The notes below the pieces were generated by a model, which saw only the letters and a program-made list of their open reading frames with translations, was not told where the DNA came from and ran no database searches. Shown one piece after another: positions 56,305 to 64,000 of a stretch of 64,000 nucleotides of DNA; the stretch's first letter is position 1; each line of letters starts with the position of its first letter. Source of the stretch: Octopus vulgaris (taxonomy: Eukaryota); assembly GCA_951406725.2 (NCBI GenBank), contig OX597817.1, positions 89,466,001 through 89,530,000 of the forward strand, in the 5' to 3' direction. Both the position numbers and the translations under genes were made by a program.

Positions 56305-56305
<1 letters not shown>
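55851..56305 (+). mobile_element. tRNA-derived SINE (family A) with long internal (TG)n
   Basis: aggcgtaggagtggctgcgtggtaagtagc…gggttcagtccc head; taaaagag tail repeats. Confidence 0.88.
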
Positions 56306-56342
<37 letters not shown>

Positions 56343-56717
56343 AGAGAGAGAGCATAGATATGATGTACGAGTAGCTTAAAGGTAGGGAGAACTCAATACA
56401 TTTGATACGCAACAATTTCATTGTGGCTATTAGAATTTCAAAACTTCATAGCGACCAGAAGTTTCTTTCTGTGCATCATCGCTCGAGATGAAAATATTAG
56501 TAAACTGTGATTGCATGCAACGCAATGCATAGGGGAATACACGCGTTGTCAATCCAAATGAAAATTGGAAATCTATGAATATTAAGATAGTGTAGTTTTG
56601 TATTCTAAGAGGAAATAAAAATTCCGTTTTGAATTTTAGAACAAATCAATTATATAAATAAACAATTAAAGATAATAATTTTCACGTTAAGTGTTGAGAA
56701 TATTTTCAAATAATATA

Positions 56718-56935
56718 AAGTGACGAGCTGGTACAATCGTTATCACGCCGGGCAAAATGCTTAGCGGCATTTCGTCCGTCTTCACGTTGTGAGTTCAGAT
56801 TTCGCCGAGGTCGACTTTGCCTTCATCCTTTCAGGGTCGGTAAGATAAGTACTAGCTGAGCACTGGGGTCGATGAAATCGACTTAACTCGTCTCCCGTAA
56901 CCGCTGGCCTTGTGCCAAAATTTTAAACCAGTATT
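56718..56935 (+). mobile_element. SINE (family B variant)
   Basis: gacgagctggtac…gagttcagatttc…gaggtcgactttgccttcatcc. Confidence 0.8.
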
Positions 56936-57369
56936 TTCAAATACTTGAACATCACCATGCTCCGTCTTATGTATGTATTGTTGTGCTGTCTCCCACCAAA
57001 GTCTTCCACGTAATTATCAAATAGCACTTCTGATGTGCTATCCATCTGCTTCAATTTGTTTTATGGGTAAGAAGCCAAAATAACCCAAGAACTTACGTGT
57101 GTGCATGAGGGTTAGTAGGTTTGACAAAATTCTGACTGAGGTTTTCAATATAATGTCCAGATATTTATGTTAATAATATGTATGTCTATATATAAAGTAT
57201 TCAGTCATAATAAAAATATTTAAAGAGCGAGAGTATTCGATAATGGAAGCAGTTTGTAATTAAATTGGAATGTGAATATCGGTGATATTTTATTAAATTA
57301 TTTGGAAACATAAACATCAGTACTTTTATTCTTTTAATTTCTTCTATTTGAAACTATCTAAACAGTTCC

Positions 57370-57442
<73 letters not shown>

Positions 57443-57541
57443 ATGTGTGTGTGTGTGTATGTGTGTGTGTGTGCGTGCGTGTGTGTGTGTGCGTGCGTGT
57501 GTGTGCGTGCGTGCGTGTGTGTGCGTGCGTGCGTGTGTGTG

Positions 57542-57622
<81 letters not shown>

Positions 57623-57664
57623 CTCTCTCTATCTATCTATCTATCTAGCTAGCTAGCTAGCTAG

Positions 57665-57779
<115 letters not shown>

Positions 57780-57789
57780 AATATATATA

Positions 57790-58490
57790 TCGTAACTGCT
57801 TTCTCGTATACGAGCAAAGCCATTCCTAGAAAGAATTATTGTAATGTATCAATGATGCAATGTGAGGCTCATGTATGACTCTTGAGTCTGGCCAAAGATT
57901 TGCACATTATATTGCATAATACACAGCTGTGCTGGCTGACAGAGGGAACAGGTGCCACAGTACGAAGTCTTTTTTATATGCCCTTTCAATCCTCCAACTG
58001 AAAGGCAGACCATTCCACACGTTGCACATGTTCTGTTGTGAACAATAGCCGTATCACAATTTCGAGGGGGTTGATTTCTGTAAGTTCTCTGATGGCTGAT
58101 CAGGCCTGCATTACTCAGACATCCCCTCCCACAAATCACACACATAAAAAGCAACACTCCCTCATTTTTCACAGGTTCATTTTTTCTAAACCTTCTCTGG
58201 AGCTTCACGTGCGTCATTTTCTCTCTTTCAAACTTCGAACAGCCACTATGCACTCTTTTCCTCCATCCATTTCGGTCTTGTGCCACCCTCTGAAACACCT
58301 GTCTGTATCAGAGAAATTCTGAAGCAGTCCTTCAACCGCATTTTGGGTTTCTGTACTGGCATCCTACCATATTCCGGCTCATCATACAAAAGTTGTTTAG
58401 GAAGTCTTTCATCATTCATTCTAACCTCAGGTGACTTTGCAGAATCATCTATTCTACACTCTTCGACTTCTCTCAAGTACTTCCACATCA
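57790..58490 (-). mobile_element. RTE-clade LINE 3' end
   Basis: VRMNDERLPKQLLY…RLKD; AQDRNGWRK…CVICGRGCLSNAGLISHQR, plus second CxxC. Confidence 0.85.
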
Positions 58491-58654
58491 CTGATCGCCA
58501 TTTTCCAAGTTATCCAAAGAATTTTTCTAATACAATATTGATGATATCGCTCCAAATGCTTACGTTAAAGAAAACTTGTCTCAGTTCCATAGAGCAACGA
58601 TGGCGGAACACATGTACTATAAACCCTGACTTTATTTTGGAAAAATATGCTATG

Positions 58655-59258
58655 GAGTAAATATACACAGATAGGGAAATAATTTTGCAATCAAACGCAG
58701 GATGATGCTGATAATATAGCATGAACAGGATAAACTATCCATATTTTGCAGAAAAATCTGTCGTCAGCCAACCATGAAACTTGAATTCACACTCCTGTGA
58801 TTACGCATCTAGTGCTTTACCATTAAGCTAAAATGATCCAACGACAAATTCTACAAATTTAGCATATATAAATATAACTTTATAAGACACCGACAGATTT
58901 TTCCGTAAAATATGGATAATTTGTCCTGTTTATGCTATACCATTAGCATTATCCTGCGTTTGAGAATAAAATTATTTCTTTATCTGTATCTTTCAATACG
59001 TCTTAACGCTTAAAGCACGAAAGCGTCTTATAAAGCTAGATTTATATATCCTAAATTTGCAGAAGAATTCATCGTTGGGTGAGTTTAGCTGAATGGTAGA
59101 GCCTTGGACGCGTAATCACAAGGATGTGAGTTTGAGTCTCATAGTAAGCCGCCGACAGATTTATCTACAAAATGTGGATAGTTTATTCTGTTCATGCTGT
59201 TATTAGCATTATCCTGCGTTTGAAAATAAAATTATTTCCTTATCTGTATATTTCAACG
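58655..59258. repeat. Fold-back element with tRNA-like segment in each arm
   Basis: 58655-58872 mirrors 59038-59255; tRNA-like 59077-59150 (tagctgaatgg A-box, gcgtaa loop); partial third copy 58889-59000. Confidence 0.7.
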
Positions 59259-59324
59259 CTTCTAAAGCTGACTTTCGACATAAGTTCAATTTTATATACA
59301 TATATATTTATATATATACATAGA

Positions 59325-59692
59325 TTTTGTATCTGGTTTGCAAGATTTTTTATGCCAATTCGTGTGTTGAAGCGCATTTTGTTGTGCCTGGGAAGAGTCA
59401 TACTCTTTTAATGTCTTGTTATCTAACACACTTGCCGGTTCAATTTCCACTCATTATTTATGTATTTTTTCTTCTTCCAAAATTTTCGTTTCTTTTGCAA
59501 ACTTGTTAATAGATGTTGACTCCGTCCGCGCAGCTCTGATAACGGACAGAATCAACATCCATTAACAAGGTTGCTAATACAACGAAAATTTTAGAAGAAA
59601 AAACACACAAATAATAAATGAGTGGAAATTGGACCGGTGAGTGTGTTAGATAATAAGGCATTAAGACAGTAATACTCTCCCCAGACACACCA
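59325..59692. mobile_element. Fold-back element (~145-bp arms, 14-nt spacer) with decayed HHR-like motif in both arms
   Basis: 59384-59528 mirrors 59543-59690; CATCCA-TTAACAA-G-GTTG..CAAC-GAAA-ATTT-TAGAAG at 59556-59597. Confidence 0.7.
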
Positions 59693-59714
59693 ATATGTAT
59701 ATATATATATTTTT

Positions 59715-59895
59715 TTTTTCTCTCCTTCTTTCTGTGTTTTTTTTTCTCTCTCTGTGTATCTTTCTGTTGAAGAGCGTAGGCTCGAAACGTTAAAGACTTG
59801 TTTTATTTATATTTCCTGAGCGCCATACTAATACAATTGTTCGTTTGTTTTCCACCTGCCTTCGTCTTTTGTCTATTTTCATAAAGCTTCCCGTT
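59715..59895 (+). repeat. Short HHR-like repeat family copy (best preserved)
   Basis: TCTTT-CTGTTGA-A-GAGC GTAG GCTC-GAAA-CG-TT-AAAGA at 59759-59796. Confidence 0.65.
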
Positions 59896-59906
59896 ATATA
59901 TATATA

Positions 59907-60140
59907 TACCAAGGTTAGCACATAAATGTGAAACAAGTTGGGATAAAATAGTACTCGAATACCGGAATAAAACCGTACTCTAATACTTTTATTATTTAAA
60001 AAAACTGCAAAAACATTACATAAATATTTCAAAGAACTGCTTCTCAATCTAAACTGTCCGACAAATGGGAACGTAAAACTCTGAGTAGCAGTTTTTTTGT
60101 GATATTTTTGTGATGTCTTTGCAATTTTAATAATAAGGAA

Positions 60141-60142
<2 letters not shown>
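59907..60142 (+). mobile_element. Partially fold-back element with decayed HHR (60051-60094)
   Basis: AAACTGT-CCGACAA-ATG GGAA CGT-AAAA-CTCTGAG-TA-GCAGTTT; (TA)n both sides. Confidence 0.55.
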
Positions 60143-60222
<80 letters not shown>

Positions 60223-60346
60223 GCACTCTAGCTACCAAAATATACACTCTACTAACCAAAATTTCGAAAACTTTTGCCTGATGGGCATATATAATCCAAG
60301 CGGGTACTAATATGCACTTCTATATATATATATATATAAATGTGTT

Positions 60347-60398
<52 letters not shown>

Positions 60399-61659
60399 CG
60401 CATGTATGTGCATGCGCGCGTGTGTCCTTGTATATTTGTTTGTCCTCTACTACCACTTGATAAGTGGTGTTGTGTGTTTACGCCCCCGTAAATTAGCAAT
60501 TCGACAAAAGAGACTGATAAAATAAGTACTGGGGTTCATTCGCGCGACTGAAATGCTTCAAGGCGGTGCCCCGGCATGACTGCGATCGAATGACTGAAAT
60601 TAGTAAAAGATAAAAGATATTTTTTTTTTTATCTAATACGATATAACACCAAAATGCTTCATTGCATTTCTTGGAAACTGTTGATTCTCTGCATTGGTGA
60701 AATTATTCAATAATTTTGTTCAGAAAATCTTACACGATGTGAAGAGTGCAGAATATAACTTTTTGTCGCTTTTGTTTTCGTGTTAGAGTATGGACGAGGG
60801 GTAAAAAAAACTGAAGTTGAAGAGTTGATTTGGCAGAGAGTGTGATGGTTATGCGATCAGATTGATATGAGGAAGTGAAATGCCAACGAGACAAGATATA
60901 AGAGAAATAACAGGAAGGTATGCCTCAACGAAATACAGAAACACTGCTACGATGACAGGTTAAAATAGTGGAGTGGATGTAGTTGAAAATGAAAGAAAAT
61001 AGGGGCAAATATTTAGATAGAGTTAGATAGAGGCGGAAAAGTGTGTATAGGAACAGGTGCGAAAACAATTTCACCTAAGCACAATAATTTACGAATGTAC
61101 TCATGAGTATTGATATATATACACAATTATATATAAACATTCCAGTACATTTCTTTGCACTTTACACTTCAAAATATTTAAGAGTCAACTACATTATCAG
61201 TTAGGATTGGTGAGGTTATATAAGCTAGTATTGAAAAAGTACTTGACTTGAATTTATATTTTAGTTTGTAGTCTGTTGGGGAAATAATACTTTAGAATTT
61301 AGAAGACAGATAATAATTGCTCTGTCATAGAAGACTCTGAACTAACAAAATTGAAATAAGTTATTTGTTAACCAACATATAATTGTTTTTTTTTTTCTAA
61401 TCAGACTGATTAACAAAAGAACGACAATGTAAACATTAAATTCAAACAAGGCACCCTTACCTTTCTTTAAAATAATATTACGGCGAAGATGCCTCGTAAC
61501 AAAAATTCTTAGGGATAAAATGTGTACGGCGAAACTATTACGCCAAAAATGTCTAGAGTAAAATGCTTATTTTCCTATGGAGAATTTCCTATGGAGAAAA
61601 TGTTTCGGTCAAAATTTTTTTAATGAAAAAATATTTCGGTCAAAAACAGTTACAAAATA

Positions 61660-62450
61660 TTGATTTTAAATTTTAGCACGAGGGTTGTATAATCAGGAAG
61701 GGAGTAAATCTATTAATTCGAACCTAGTTTTCAACTGATACTAATTTTATTAACTTCGAAAGGTTGAAAGGCAATTCGGTGGAATTTGAACTCAGAACCT
61801 AATAATGTAAGAAAAACCGATTAGCGTTTTGCTCAGCGTGCTAACGATTCTGTCATCTCGCCGTCCGAGTTGCAACAAAATATTGATTTCGAATTTTTGC
61901 ACAAGACCAACAATTTCGGTCGATTTCGTCGACCCCAGTTCTTAGATGGTATTTATTTTATTGGTCCTGGGGTATGAAAGCCAAAGTCGACCTCAGTGGA
62001 ATTTGAACTCAGAACGCAGCAGCAGACGAAATACCTATTTCTTTACTACCCACGAAGGGCTAAAAACAGAGAGGACAAACAAGGACAGACAAACGGATTA
62101 AGTCGCTTATATTGACCACAGTGTGTAACTGGTACTTATTTAATCGACCCCGAAAGGATGAAAGGCAAAGTCGACCTCGGTGGAATTTGAACTCAGAACG
62201 TAACGGCAGACGAAATACCTATTTCTTTATTACCCACAAGGGGCTAAACACAGAGGGGACAAACAAGGACAGACATAGGTATTAAGTCGATTACATCGAC
62301 CCCAGTGCGTAACTGGTACTTAATTTATCGACCCCGAAAGGATGTAAGGCAAAGTCGACCTCAGCGGAATTTGAGCTCACAACGTAACGCAGACGAAATA
62401 CCGCTAAGCATTTCGCCCGGCGTGCTAACGACTGTGCCAGCTTGCCGCCA
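61660..62450 (-). mobile_element. Cluster/tandem of family-B SINEs
   Basis: One headed copy (ending ~62450) followed by head-less ~184-bp tandem units; older copy at 61660-61865. Confidence 0.85.
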
Positions 62451-62944
62451 TTAGTTACAACAAAATATTAACAACCAGTTTTCATTAAAAACATGCATAT
62501 ATAACAACCAGTTTGCGTGAACTGCTGAGTACCGGCTCCAGCTGAACCCTGCTTGTATTTTAATAATAAGATGATAGGCTAGTACCAGGAGATGAATTAT
62601 TTCAATGTGAGGAAAAGACACAGATCAATGGTATACTAAGAAAAAATACAATACTCACAGCCTTGGAGTTGAAGTGTGATGATTCAAGTTGCAGAATAGT
62701 AGAACAGCAGCTGTTTCATTTCTCTGCAATAGCCAGTAAACCTGTTAATACAGATGAAAATGTCACGTTTTGGCTGCTTTACAACTGTGTGAGAAGTCAT
62801 GGGCCACGCACCGCCATAATTACTTCTATATTTTATGCCCCACAATCGAATACATACCGATATTATGAATGGTTCATACTGTATTTGAATAACTAACGTA
62901 ACAAAATATACAGAATATTAGTAATCAGTTTTGCGATGATATTG

Positions 62945-63508
62945 ATTTCAAAATTTTTGCATAAGGCCAGCATGTTTGAAGAAGGGAATGAGTCGATTGC
63001 ATCAACCCCAGCACTCAGCTGGTACTTATTTTATCGACTTCGAAAGGATGAAAGGCAAAGTGTTCTTCGGTGGAATTTGAACTCAGAACGTAAAGACGGA
63101 CGAAATACTTCCTAAGCATTTTTGCCCGGCTTGCTAACGATTCTGCTAGCTCGCCGCCTTCAGTTTTGCCATAATATTGGTTCCAAATTTTGGCGCAAGG
63201 TCAGTAGTTTTGGGGAAAGTGGTAAGTCGATTCTAGTGTTTAACTGGTACTTATTTTATAGACCCCGACAGAATGAAAGGCATAGTCGACCTCGGCGAAA
63301 TTTGAACTCAGAACGTAAAGGCGAATGAAATGCTGCTAAGCATTTCACCCGGCATACTATCGATTCTTATTTCTTTATTACCCACAAGGGGCTAAACATA
63401 GCGGGGACAAACAAGGACAGACAAAGGGATTAAGTCGATTACATCGACCCCGGTGCGTAACTGGTACTTAATTTATTGACCCCGAAAGAATGAAAGGCAA
63501 AGTCGACC
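62945..63508 (-). mobile_element. Three further family-B SINE copies/fragments
   Basis: Repeated tgaaaggc.aagt…tttgaactcagaacgtaaag blocks. Confidence 0.8.
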
Positions 63509-63577
63509 GATATATGATATAGATGCAGGCGTGGCTGTGTGGTAAAGTAGCTTGCTTGTATATATATATATATATAC

Positions 63578-63780
63578 AACGCCCCACGTCCAGTGGACGG
63601 TGCTGAGTTGTCAAACATTTAAACCAAATTTTCTCAGAACAACTTGTCCGACCGTCCCATAGGTTTCCCCTTTGAGAAACACTGATTTAACCTAAATTTG
63701 AGACACCAGCAAAAGAAGAAATAAAGATAGACTTTTTTTAATTCCAAAGTAAAACAATTTTATTCACACAAATATGCAAC
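63578..63780 (-). mobile_element. Helitron-like 3' fragment
   Basis: Reverse complement of ~21795-21965 including ccgtccactggacg hairpin. Confidence 0.65.
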
Positions 63781-64000
63781 GGAAGAGTTTAAAGTACCAT
63801 TAATGATAAGGCTGTTGACTGGGAGAACACAAACATGGTTTAAACAGTAATCTTGGCAGGAAAGAAACATGCCTTTAAGCAGTACAAAAATGGAAGGTGC
63901 AGTTATGTACAGGTTGACGAAAGAAAAGCAGGACAAAAACGATGCATGCAAATGGGTTAGCTGGAGGTAAATCTAGATGGAAAAGCATGATGAATTTATG

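Noticed and set aside
59077-59150. Functional tRNA gene
   Set aside because: Acceptor and T arms are degenerate and it lies within a repeat; treated as tRNA-derived

Overview
AT-rich, microsatellite-saturated eukaryotic non-genic DNA. The SINE families and repeat spectrum look like a cephalopod (Octopus-like) genome, which is my inference from recognition, not a database result. No host protein-coding gene is supportable. Almost all listed ORFs are translations of simple repeats. Real coding remnants are all transposon-derived: a Penelope-like element (RT plus truncated GIY-YIG, 47.3-50.1 kb), a second Penelope-like RT thumb relic, an L1/Tx1-type LINE, several R4/Dong-type RLE LINE 3' ends sitting in (AAT)n, RTE LINE tails, a mariner transposase relic and a Helitron helicase relic. 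There are also MITEs and many tRNA-derived SINEs. The most striking signal is non-coding: type-I hammerhead ribozyme (HHR) folds, found by eye, recur throughout the window in mutually unrelated short elements embedded in (TA)n tracts. They include a near-identical 5-copy ~593-bp tandem array (44223-47251) with one HHR per monomer (retrozyme-like circular-RNA candidate), fold-back and partial-tandem elements with greatly extended stem II, and cores showing compensatory U3-A8 and G3-C8 variants. All ribozyme calls are manual structure predictions and untested.
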